Shown in pieces: positions 39,193-50,445 of a stretch of 64,000 nucleotides of DNA; the stretch's first letter is position 1, and the number at the start of each line of letters is the position of its first letter. The notes beneath the pieces were generated by a model. It saw only the letters and a program-made list of their open reading frames with translations. It searched no databases and was not told the origin of the DNA. Both the position numbers and the translations under genes were made by a program. Source of the DNA: Raja brachyura (taxonomy: Eukaryota); contig OY740784.1 in assembly GCA_963514005.1 (NCBI GenBank), positions 94,054,001 to 94,118,000 of the forward strand. Reading direction: 5' to 3'.

Positions 39193-39480
39193 GGGGTGGT
39201 TTAGTGGCGCAGTGGCTGAATTGTTTCCTTATGATGTCAGAGACATGGGTTTGATCCTGACTACAGGTGCTGTTTGTACTGAGTTTGAACGTACACTCTC
39301 TTAGTGCTCAGGTCTCCTCCAACATTCCACACACATGCAAGTTTGTAGGTTAATTTGCTTTTGTAAATTGCCTCTACTTTGCAGCATACGGTATGGGTGC
39401 TCGTTGGTTGACCTGGACTCGGTAGGCCAAAAGGTCTGTTTCCATGCTGTGCCTCTAAACTAAACTAAACTAAACTAAAG
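39193..39480 (+). mobile_element. HE1-type SINE with a (taaac)n tail
   Basis: Homologous to 24085-24398, with degenerate A and B boxes. Confidence 0.8.
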
Positions 39481-39612
39481 TCTTCTTCTTTCGTGTGGCG
39501 TGCCTAAAGTTGTAGGACAGCTTATTCTATATGATCTTCTGTTTGTGCACGTCGAGTTAATTGCATTAGTCGAAACAGGGCGGACCACGTGAAGGTTGCA
39601 ATCTTCCACCCC
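39481..39612 (-). mobile_element. 132-bp non-autonomous retroposon with a ribozyme head and a (GAA)n tail
   Basis: TSD taaactaaag at 39471-39480 and 39613-39622. Minus-strand 3' end ...cacgaaagaagaaga. Confidence 0.85.
39560..39612 (-). ncRNA. Minimal HDV-like (CPEB3-type) self-cleaving ribozyme, predicted
   Basis: GGGGUGG(P1) AAG AUUGCA(P2) ACC(P3) UUCACGU(L3) GGU(P3') CCGCCCU(P1') GU UUCGA CUAA(J4/2) UGCAAU(P2'). All three helices pair fully, with a G1-U wobble at the cleavage site. Confidence 0.82.
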
Positions 39613-39696
39613 TAAACTAAAGTGTGGTGTCATCAATGACTTTGACTGTTGCACCATGATGCTTACAACTCAATACTCTTCACAATGAAGGCAAGT

Positions 39697-40730
39697 ACAG
39701 GGACAGGATGGATTCGCAGATGGAGCAACGGGATACCAGACGCCTATGGCAGGGACTACGGACTATAACAAATTACCAGTGCAGCCCCCCTCAACCAGTA
39801 GTGCCGGCGCCTCATTAGCCGATGACCTGAACTCTAATTATGCACGATTTGAGGCGGGCAACAACACCCCTAGCTTGCCGGCTAACAATTTTGTCAGCTG
39901 ACTGGATAGCGAGGCTGGAGTGAGGCACATGACTGGGGATGTGTACAAGTTCTTGGTGTCCAAGCACGATGGAGGAGGGCTCTGACGCGTGTGAACACGA
40001 GGAAAGCTGTAGGCCCAGATGGTATATCTGGGCGAGTACTAAAGTCTTGTGCTAATCAGCTATCTCCAGTGTTCACCACAATATTCAACCTCTTCTTGTC
40101 CAAGACCGTGGTCCCTGCCTGCTTCAAGAGATCCACTATTGTACCAGTGCCTAAGAATGCCTCTCCAGCCTGCTTGAATGACAACTGACCGATGGCCCTC
40201 CCCTCAGTGGTCATGAAATGCATCAAGAGGCTGATCAAGACTACATCTGCACCTTCCTTCCTCGCACAATGGATCCGCTGCAGTTCGCATACCATCCAAA
40301 CAGATGATGCAGTCTCCCAGATTTAGCACACCACTCTCTCACCTTGACATCCAGAAGGGGGGCTATGTGAGGATGCTGTTCATTGACTTCAGTTCAGCTT
40401 TCAACACCATAGTCCCCACCAGACTTCCTGAGAAGCTGCTGGAACTGGAACTGAACACTCCCCTGTGTGCTTGGATCATGGGCGTTCTCACCGCCAGGTC
40501 CCAGGTGGTCAAAATGGGGAAACATACCTCCAACGCCCTCATCCCGAACACAGGATCCCCCCAGGGTTGTGTTCTCAGCCCCCTATTGTACTCCCTGTAC
40601 ACACGTGACTGTGTGGCCAGGTTCAGCTCCAACTCCACCATCAAGTTTGCTAATGACACGGTGGTGATGGGCCTGTTCTCCGATAACGATGAGAAGGCCT
40701 ACCTGGAGGAGGTGGCTGACCTGGCACTCT
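39697..40730 (+). mobile_element. Rex1/Babar LINE RT fragment
   Basis: [54 protein letters not shown]. Confidence 0.9.
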
Positions 40731-40789
40731 GACTTGGACTCCATCAATTTTGCATCAAAATGGCTAGCTTGCCTTAGATTCCATAAAAT

Positions 40790-42130
40790 CAAACATTCCA
40801 GTTTAGCCGAGCATGCAAGACCTTGTCAAATGTCTTAATAAAAACCATATAGACCATGTCCACTGCCCTGCCCTCATCAATCCTCTTGGTGATCTTGTCA
40901 TAAGACTGATTTGTGGAACGGGATTTCCCACGCACAAAGCCATGCTGACTGTCCCTAATCAGTGTCCCTAAGAATCCGCCACAACTATTTTTCCACCACT
41001 GATATCAGGCTCACCGACCTTGGTTTGCTGGCTTGCTTTGCTGCCTTCTTAAATAACGATACAGCATTAGCCCCCTCCAGTCTTCCGGAACTTATGTTGT
41101 GGCTGAAAATGAGCAAATACTGTATATCTGCAAGGGCCTCTTTAATATCCACCTTAGCTTCCTTCAAGATCTGAGGATGTACTGTACTTGGTCAGGCCTG
41201 GGGATTTATCCACCTTAAATCACTTTAAAACCACCAATTACTCTGCTTTGGTAATTCCGATATTATCTAAAACATCACAGCTCCTATGCCTCAATTCTTT
41301 AGCTTCCATGATCTTCTCCTCAGTATTCTGGTGCTCCAGCGGCGACCTGGCTTTTGGGGCTGCGGTGCTCCAGCGTTCCAGCGGCGGGCCCTGTGGCAGT
41401 GTTCCGGCATTCCGGCGATGGCGGTGGCGTCGGCCCGGTTTCGAAGGCTCGACCGCGGGCCTGGTGGACGGCAACATCGGAGGCCTGGCTCTCCTCAGCG
41501 CAGAGGGAGAACAGGGAGGGAAGAAGACAGAGACTCTAAGACTTTTGCCTTCCACCACAGTGAGGAGGTGTTTGGTGAACTCACTGTGGTGGATGTTAAA
41601 TTTGTGTTTATTTGTTACTTTTAATATATGTATGACTGCAGGCACGAAATTTCGTTCAGACCGAAAGGTAATTCAGTACAATAAAGGTAATTCAGCAAAA
41701 GCAGATAAGAATTACTCAGTTAATATATTCACCATCTCTCGTGGTTCTTCACAAAGGCGGCTATGCTGATCTTTAAAGGGTCCTATTCTTCCCCGTGCCA
41801 CCCTTTTATCCTTAATATACCTATAGAATCTTGAAGAATTTTATTTCATCTTGCTCCACTTCATGCCCTCCTCTAGCCCTTCTGATTGTTTTCTTAAGTA
41901 TACTCCTATACTTTTTATACTCGCGGAACAATTCCCGAATATCTAAATCTAACATATGCCTCCTTCCATTTCTGTCCTGCGTCTTAATATCTCTCATAAA
42001 GCAGGGTTCCCTAAACATGCCAGCCTTGCAGGGAAATGCTGCGCCTGTACTCTTACTGTCTCACTTTTGATTGCTTCCCACTTGCCAGATGTCCTCTTAC
42101 TTGTTTACAGGCTCTCCTGATCAACCTTTG
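40790..42130 (-). mobile_element. Old CR1 fragment, interrupted at 41327-41696
   Basis: Degenerate DKSPGLD, SVSLISVVEK and SQHGFV motifs. Confidence 0.7.
41327..41696 (+). mobile_element. 5'-truncated copy of the GC-rich non-autonomous retroposon
   Basis: 41450-41670 aligns by eye with the reverse complement of 52190-52400 (ctaagacttttgccttcca, ggtgaactcactgtggtggatg, gttcagaccgaaagg). Confidence 0.8.
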
Positions 42131-42964
42131 ACAATTGTAATATACTTTACAAAAAGTATGTAGAGATGGGGAGACATTTCTGCATATGTACATGAAAGTT
42201 ATTTTGTTTAGTGTGTTTATTAAGTGGCAATTAATATTTTGGCAGTGAAATGCGAAAAGGTTTCTCTTATTCATTCACTCTCTTAGGCATAATTCAGAAG
42301 ATCACATTTATTCCGAATTGCTCTTGAGATGGTGTTGGTGAGTTGGCTTCTTGAACCGTTACCATTAATGTAATGATGGTACTGTCAGATGTGCGACGTA
42401 GAGAAGAAAATGCAGTACTAATGTTTGCATGTGTCTCCTGCCAGCATCTTTCTCTTGCTGTAGAGATTGTAGTTTTGGGAGATGTTTGTGAAGAAGCCTT
42501 GATGAGGGGCTGTAGTGCAGCTTGGCAGATACAGTAGTACATACGGCAGCCGTGATGTCAGTGGTTGTGGAAAAATATATTTTTGTTGGAGGTTGCGGAA
42601 ACAGCTAGTGAGTTGCTTTGTTCTGGAAATTGTCAATCGTCTCAAGTGTCATTAGTGTTCTTTTAAGCAAGTCAAGAGTATTTCTACACAATCTTTGTCT
42701 AGATGGTGGAAAGTCTCAAACTGAGTTATTCACCGTAGAATATCCATACCCATTAAAAGAGACATAATATGCTGGAGTAACATTGTGGATCAACCTTAAC
42801 CTGTTGATTTACTCCAGCACTTGGTGACTTTTTTTTGTACACCGGCATTGCAGTTCCTTTTCTCCTTTCCCATACTATACTTGCTGCTATTACTGAGCAA
42901 GCTCCGATTTTATGGTGGGACAAGAGTCATGTGGTGAGACAGCGGTAGGCAAATCTGTCTCATC

Positions 42965-43257
42965 CTTGAGGGGGATGTGGGGGGAGGGGTGTGTGGACAG
43001 GGGGCGTGTGGGGGATGGGGTGTGGGTGGAGGAAGAGAGGGTGTGTGGTAGAGGGGAGGGGGTGTGTGTGTGGGAAGGGGGTAGGGGTGTGTGTGGGAAA
43101 GGGGGAGGAGGGTGTGGGAGGGGGTGTGTGGGGGTGGGTTGTGTGGGGGTAGGGGGTGTGGGATGGGGATGGAGGATGTCGGAGGGGGAGAGGTTAAAAA
43201 TAGAAAGATTTGCGCAAACCGGATGATAACAAGATCAGAGCTTTAGTTATATATAGA
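42965..43257 (-). mobile_element. Non-autonomous Helitron (copy 3; 5' end plus G-rich tract)
   Basis: Minus strand a|TCTATATATAACTAAAGCTCTGATCTTG..atccggtttgcgc. No CTAG 3' end identified. Confidence 0.65.
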
Positions 43258-43279
43258 TTTTTAATTTGATTTTGTTTTT

Positions 43280-44290
43280 ATGCAGTATTTGTAGCAATAT
43301 TACACAATTTTGAGATTTTAAAAATCATGTCTGCAATTTAGCCCATCAGATAAAGCATAAAAAGAAGTTTAGTTTGACATCTAATTCACTTTCATATCTT
43401 CACTATTAAAAAAGGTATGACCATTTTCATTCTCCGAAATTAGCATCTTGTTCCCTATTGCTTTTCCATTGACTTAACACAAAAGCTGTGTTTGAGGTCA
43501 GTCAAAAGCCCATAGATTTCTTGAAAATTAAGAGAACTGAAAGAAATTTTCAGTTATTATAGATTGAACCATTCTGAAACAAATATGAAACAATTTTACT
43601 TGGATCACCTGAAATTAAAGCATATAATTAGTTAGTTACATAATTGTAGCTAATTACAAAATTCAATTACTAGATCTAAACATCTATCCATTTCTTAAGA
43701 AATGATTAACATTTTTAAATAGCGCAAGTGTCCAAATAACATTCACACAAGAATTCATAATATACCATGACTTTTTCATCTCCTTGTCTTGAATTTATAG
43801 GCCAAATGGAAGGAATTTAATGTTTAATTCCCGTAAATTAATGGACATTTTAATCATCTTGCGAGTGGGTTTTTGTCGAACGCGTTCGATTGGAAAGTTG
43901 CGGTTTGCAGTGAATTTGAACCCCATATCGGCAGGAATAATACTGGGACCATAATCACATTTTCGCCAATGAAATTTTGATTAAAGTCATCCTAAGAAGC
44001 AAGTTTATATGTAAAATAAACAACTTACCTTATGTTTTGTCCCCTACGTGAGATCCGTCCCGTTGTCGGCATTGACGGCATTAGAAGTCACTTTTTTATT
44101 TTACTCCAGCGATTAAATTGTCCCGAACAAGTTGGAACAATTTTTCAGCATCAGCTAGCAGCCCCAGAAAAGGCAAGTATTGAAGGTAAGTATTGTAACA
44201 TATCTAGTTATTGCAGAGCCACCCATGTGATATTGCATGTAACCAGTACGATATCACCTAGGCTGATATCCGGTGATCTGAATTAGAGAT
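43280..44290. mobile_element. Unclassified probable DNA-transposon-derived segment
   Basis: CpG-richer distal part and a weak inverted match between gcaatattacaca (~43294) and tgtgatattgc (~44226). Family not recognised. Confidence 0.3.
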
Positions 44291-45007
44291 TAGTTCACCA
44301 ATCTGTGGTTTTTACAATGGATATCCTTAGTTTGATCTCGTTATTTTGCCTCACTAGCACTTCACTCCATTCTTTGATCTCTAAAATGAGAAGAAAAGAA
44401 AATGAATGCAACCATATGTGTTAGGTGGCATGTTAAATATAATGCCCATTTGTCAGGCAGGTGGTGAGATTACTTCCTACTGTTTTTACAGTGTGAAGAA
44501 TAGGATTTCAACAGTTGTGGTTGGAAAGGGAGCCAAGGATCCCCAAGGTTCTTTAACAGTCAATTTAACTAATAACCATCTCAGCTTTTGTGGCATCAGA
44601 GCAGTTGGTGTTCACAAGGTCAGAATTAAAATAAATATCATCACATTTTTAATGATGTTTTCTTAATTTAGGAGATCTTCAAATTACCATAATACATCAG
44701 AAACATTTAATTAACAAATCCAGAGGGTCACAGAGGTTAGCTGATGAAGCTTGTTAGTACAACATAGATAAATTCAGTTATCTAGACTCACCAGGAAGTC
44801 CACTGGGAGATTCTACGCATTGATTTCAATGGAATTGATTTAAATCAATTGTTAATTCTGCAGGGCCAAAATTGTTCTGATTAAAATCAGCTAATGAATC
44901 AATTTAGGATGTAGAGACGTAGAAAGGTTCACATGCCAGCAATGCTCTATATTTGACAATGGCAGCCATTTTCAGATTTAAATTCTTGTTCAGTGCTGGT
45001 TTTCTTT

Positions 45008-45151
45008 CATAGAAACATAGAAAATAGGTGCAGGAGTAGGCCATTCGGCCCTTCGAGCCTGCACCGCCATTCAATGTGATCATGGCTGATCATCCAACTC
45101 AGTATCCCATACCTGCCTTATCTCCATACCCCCTGATCCCTTTAGCCACAT
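45008..45151 (-). mobile_element. CR1/HER1 3' tail
   Basis: Near-identical to 1987-2130. Confidence 0.88.
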
Positions 45152-45279
45152 TTTCAACACAAAATGTGGCAGATCATTTGTACATCAAATTTTACTGATT
45201 ATATTTTTTGGTCAGTGCTTTTTCGATTTGTCATGGCGAGTGTTCAGCAAAATTGGGTATATTTGGTTACTTAAAAATA

Positions 45280-45615
45280 ATCCAATCGGGGTGCATTGTT
45301 GCTTGGTTCAGCAACAGCTCTGTCCAAGATCATAAGAAATTGCAGAGAGTTTTTGCTATAGCACAGTCTATCACACACAGCGGCCTCTCCAGCCAATGAC
45401 TCCATCTACACTTCATGCGGACTCCAGGAAGTAGCCAACATAAAGGACCATTTTCACCTTCTTCTCCTCCTCTCTCCTGTCGGCCAGAAGATACAAAGGC
45501 TTGACAGCACATACAGTATCACCAGATTCAGGAACTTCCCTGCTGTCATCAGATCACTGAAAGGCCCTCTCATAAGCTAGGGTGTAGTCCAGATTCCCAG
45601 CCTATATCATTGTGA
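45280..45615 (+). mobile_element. Rex1/Babar 3' fragment
   Basis: SGCIVAWFSNSSVQDHKKLQRV. Confidence 0.7.
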
Positions 45616-45618
45616 ATA

Positions 45619-45811
45619 CAGTGAATTGAGAAAGTATTCAGACCCCTTCACTATTTCCACATTTTGTTACATTACAGCCTATTCTAAAATGGATTAAATT
45701 ATTTTTTTTTAATCATTAATCTAAGCACAATACCCCATAATGAAAAAGAAAAAACAGATGTTTAGAATTTTTTGCAAAGTAATTATAAAGATATAACAGA
45801 AATATCACATT
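45619..45811 (+). mobile_element. Tc1-like DNA transposon terminal fragment
   Basis: TA|cagtg...aaagtattcagaccccttcact..ttccacattttgttac, a typical fish/amphibian Tc1 inverted-repeat start. Confidence 0.8.
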
Positions 45812-46689
45812 TCTGGCTTGATTGTATACATGTGCATAAAAAATATTGTTGGAAAAATGTTAGTGGGTCAGACAGCATCTATGGTGATGATGGATAACAG
45901 ACATTTTGGGTTGGGATGCTACTTCAGACTGATGGAGTGGGGGAAGAACGGTGAGGATGAGAGAAAGCCTGGCAAGGAACAGGTGAGTTGGGTAATCGGC
46001 AGATGGATGGAGTACATGTCAAAGGCTAGAGGTGAAATGGAGACAAAGGGGTGTCAGATAACAAATAGGAGGAGTGAAATGTAAAGCCACAGGGAGAGAT
46101 ATGGGTGGAAAGGGAGAGGGGAAATAGTAAGATTAAATTAGAATTTACCTGTTCAAAGTTTGATCTTTATTTTATGAGGAGTTAAAATGAGGGATTACGT
46201 GAAGAAGCCCCGCCAGGCACATGCTTGGCATACTTCAAAGCAGCGGCGTGAAAAGCACAGAACCAATAGCTGGAGTAAGATAGTAAGGCTCACAAAGACT
46301 AGAACTACCAGATGATCATTTAGATTATGAGGGTCGGGAGCGGAGGGCACGTAATCCCTCATTGTAACTCCTCATAAAATAAAGATCAAACTTCGAACAG
46401 GTAAATTCTCGTTTAATCTTACTATTTTACTTCGGAGTCACGTGAGTGACTATGTGAAGATTTCAAAGCTCTGTGATTTTCATGCCGTAGATCATTCCAT
46501 ACGACACACTGCTTCAGTTTACACAGTAGTGAGTAAATAATATATATTGCTTGAAATTATGCAATAAATATTTTAATAATAATAATAAAAAAAGAAAAGT
46601 AATAATCCCTCTATCCCAGGGGAAATAACAACAAATGATATGCAACAAAGCAAACAATTTGAACAGAACCCAACACAGCACGTGCAACC

Positions 46690-47620
46690 CTGGCACTGTA
46701 ACAACAGGTTTATCATAAAATCTGGAAAAGTTTCTTCTTTAGACCATCCTGCCGTCTCCAGAATTTGGTCGAGTGGCACGTCCTGCACCTTTGCCGCGGA
46801 CATTGATACCGCCTTTGTGGAGTGAGATTTAAACACATCAGTGTCTACTCCAGTTAATCCAGAACCTGTTTATCCATCTAGAAATAGTTTGTACTGTCAC
46901 TTTTTTATATGTTTCTTGTGGGTAATGAACATTGGTGTCTCACAATCTCGGAGACTCTTAATTCAATATATAATAAGTCAGGTGCTTAACCACACACAAT
47001 GTTTAGTTGACAAAGTATGTCTTAAAGATTACATTGGTTCCAGCCTTTCTTGGTTTGCTTTGCTTTCTTAGATCATTGACATAAAATGTTATTTTATCTA
47101 CAGACAACTGCATACAATCTAACCGCAACATTTGTAATGTTTGTACTCATTGTGCTGATATTAATGGCATGAGCATAACCACTTTAAATATTAACTTCTG
47201 AAAAGACAGTGACGTAATTGGAGTCCATTGCCGAAGCAATGTGAGAACTATACTGACATCCCAGATTTCTGTATATCTGGGTTTGGTAGGATTTTATTAA
47301 AATTCCTCTCATAAATCGGGATATTAACGGATGAGACCCGATAAATTGTCGTTCTGAAATTGTCCTAAATAGAAGGAAAAAACACTCCGAGCTCCATTCA
47401 TGGTACTATAACTCAGGTGCAACATAGCAAGGAACTCCAATACATCCCATATGTTTTCAGTATGATAAAATATATCTGACTGTATACAAAAGATTTCCCA
47501 TTCCTTATATGAAACATATATTGTTTCTTAGTGCTATCTCCAAGCTGCAGTTATGACATCCATGGTCCTATCCGACATTCCATCAGAACCTGCAGATTAT
47601 TAATTAATACGGTCATGTAA
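46690..47620 (-). pseudogene. DIRS tyrosine recombinase (frameshifted)
   Basis: FKSHSTKAVSMSAAK..VPLDQILETAGWSKEETF, matching the HSTR and AGW motifs. Confidence 0.85.
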
Positions 47621-47728
47621 TGGATGACTTCTGCTGTTACTGGATGTACCAACAATTACTGCACCTGGGATTTGTCATGAATGTCTGAATCATCATTCTG
47701 AGCACGAATGGGAACAATGGCTGTGTAG

Positions 47729-47815
47729 TAATGGCCCCTAGATAAGGGACATATCAGATATTAACTGATAAGAACAGATACTACACTTGAACTTAGCCAA
47801 AGGCCGAGAAGCAAT
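47729..47815 (-). pseudogene. RNU2: U2 snRNA 5' fragment (about nt 1-88), retrocopy
   Basis: Minus strand ATTGCTTCTCGGCCTTTGGCTAAGTTCAAGTGTAGTATCTGTTCTTATCAGTTAATATCTGATATGTCC matches the U2 5' end, including the branch-pairing GTAGTA. No Sm site. Confidence 0.93.
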
Positions 47816-49956
47816 ACCAGTTATGAACCACCAAATGCCTTCGGCGGAGACTTGCTCTGTTTTGGTGACACATTGCCTAATCAGTCAAATTGGGGAAAAC
47901 ATAAAAGACTATACTTCCCCAATGTAGCGAGAATGCATCCACCGCTAATGCTCCTGGGTCTGGCTCCCAAGAGACACATTTAGACCACTGGAGATTTAAT
48001 TCAGACACAACAGATCAACATTTGGTACTCATACTGTCTGACAATCGTTTTGAAACTTTTTGAATTTGAACATTCATTCTGCATTGTCATGTGATCTGTT
48101 GTCTTACCACAATATTGTCTTCTCCCACATCTGTGGTATTGTCTACTTGTAATTGAACATGTAAGTTCTTTATTGTAGAACAAACAGCTATTAATGCATA
48201 AAACGCCCCCAATAACTCCAAATAATTCATACCATCTGTTTGGAGAATTAAATCATCTTGGACAGTCCATTGGCCACCACAACTGGTATCACTGTCATTG
48301 GCTCCCCATCCGAGAGCACTCACAACAGTCTGTAATAACACTGAAGACTGCTAAACAAGCACATTTTTACATTGGTAACTTGTGCAACATTGAGAATCCA
48401 TCATTGCAATTCAGCTCAACCTTTTTAGTTGGTAACTGCATGGACCTAATCAATGACCTGCATGCCTTTACGCTTATTCTCTGGTCTTTGCAGACTTTGA
48501 TCATGCAGAGGTCCTAATTCAACAGCAGGAATGCTGCTATCACTTTACCAGTAACCGTAGCTAGTTCTTGGATGGTGGGATAATGTTTTTTACCAAGACA
48601 AGTACAGGCATTTGTAACATCCCCAACCTTAATTGTTGGTAAAGTTACTGACATATCAACTGTATTAATGACAAACCCCAAATAATCAATTGTTTGGGAT
48701 GCCTGTAACTTACATGTTGTTTGGATGTACATAACCTTAGCCTTTCAATAGGCTTATGGTTGCTGAACCCAGTTCTTCAGCTGTCTCCCATTTACAATTA
48801 ACATATCCTCTAGATAAGTCATTACAATGTGATTCTGAGCCCTCATTAACTCCAGTGCTGGTTTCAATAATTGTGTGAGCAATCTGAGGGCTGAATTTAA
48901 CCCATTAGGTTATTCCTTCCCATCCAATTAATTTAAGTACCTGAATAATAAGGCATCTTTTTTAGGTCTAATAATAGCCATATAGCAGCCTTGTGATAAC
49001 AACTTCGTTACAGTGTTGAAGTGTACTTTTGATGCCTATACTGAACTATAAATTTAAGTTTGTGAGTTCCAGAATGACTCTGCAACCCCCATACCTGTGT
49101 CTGGGATATATTATCTCTACCTGACGAGTTCCTGGTGCATTCAAACACCAAGCCGATCAGATTTAATGCAGAATTACAAAACAATTGTAATCTTACAACC
49201 AACCAGAGGTTGTTTCCCAGGAATTCCACGTGTGATGGAATGACGTTTCTGTACTTCCGTAAATGAACCAGAATATCCCTTTTCTTAATATAGGGGTTCG
49301 TATTCAACCTGTTTGTTTTCTCAAAGCAGGGATGAGAAGTTTTATAAGGCAAATATCCTTAATTGTTTTTCATCAATCATAAATCTGGTTATAGCTTGCC
49401 CACATAATCCTGCATTTTTTGGGCATAATGTTAGCCAAATCGGAATTTTCATCATACAATTGGGTTTGAATATGCATTGCAGAGTAACGCAAGCATGTCT
49501 TAAAAGTATTGGACATTATCGACCCATGTATGTCTTCCCCAAATGCAGTGATGCCAACTGAATATCAGCTAGAGGACATGTTGGAACACATTTCCTGTCC
49601 TCGCATCATTACACTCATAGAAATTAGGTGCAGGAGTAGGCCATTTGGCCCTTCGAGTCGAAGTGGGTGCCCAAATACTGAGTTACTGTTGGCACTCTGA
49701 GCGAGGCACAATAGACAGGTGTTTTATATATTTATATATATTTTTTACTGTTTCAGTCATAACAGTTTCTTGGAGTAGGTTAGAAACCAAATAATGTTGG
49801 CCGCCAGGTTCATCCATAGCCTCACCAGTCCATACCGATATAGCAAAACATGGTGGTACATCGGGAACACCCGGAGCATTTCTATTGTGCTCTGGTGTAT
49901 ACACATAAGTAGGGACACCAGCTTCAGGGTCAGTTTCATCCTGCCCTGATACTCCC

Positions 49957-50445
49957 GAGTCTTGCTCGAGGGAGACTTCATCCAGACCTATGCAAGGCAC
50001 TGGTGAATGAGATTCTCATTCTTCATAGGCACCATACTCAGTGTGTGGAAACCACTTCGGAGCCTGCCTTAGAATCTCATGGGTCTTTAGAACCCTTGGT
50101 TGTTTAGAGTTTTGAGTATTTTATCTTGCTCTAAGGACTTTATCCAGACCTATGCAAGGCACTGGTGAATTAGATTTTCATTCTTTATAGGCACCATACT
50201 CAGTGTATGGAAACTCCTACGGAGCCTGCCTTAGAATCTCATGGGTCTTTAGAACCCTTGACTGATTAGAGTTTGGAGCATGTTATCTTGCTCTAGGGAC
50301 CTCATCCAGACCTAACCAAGTTACTGGAGAATCAGAATCTCATTTTCATAGGCACCATACTCAGCATATGGAAACTCCTTTGGAGCTTGCCTTACAGGAA
50401 GACATACATGGGTCTTAGAACCCTTGACATAGTCAAGTGTGGAGC
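49957..50445. repeat. Three-copy 162-bp tandem repeat in the DIRS gag 5' region
   Basis: tccagacct at 49981, 50143 and 50305. Confidence 0.92.

Noticed and set aside
42935-42962. Hairpin tgagacag...ctgtctca as the 3' hairpin of Helitron copy 3
   Set aside because: No CTRR terminus at the expected distance and no similarity to the family hairpin.
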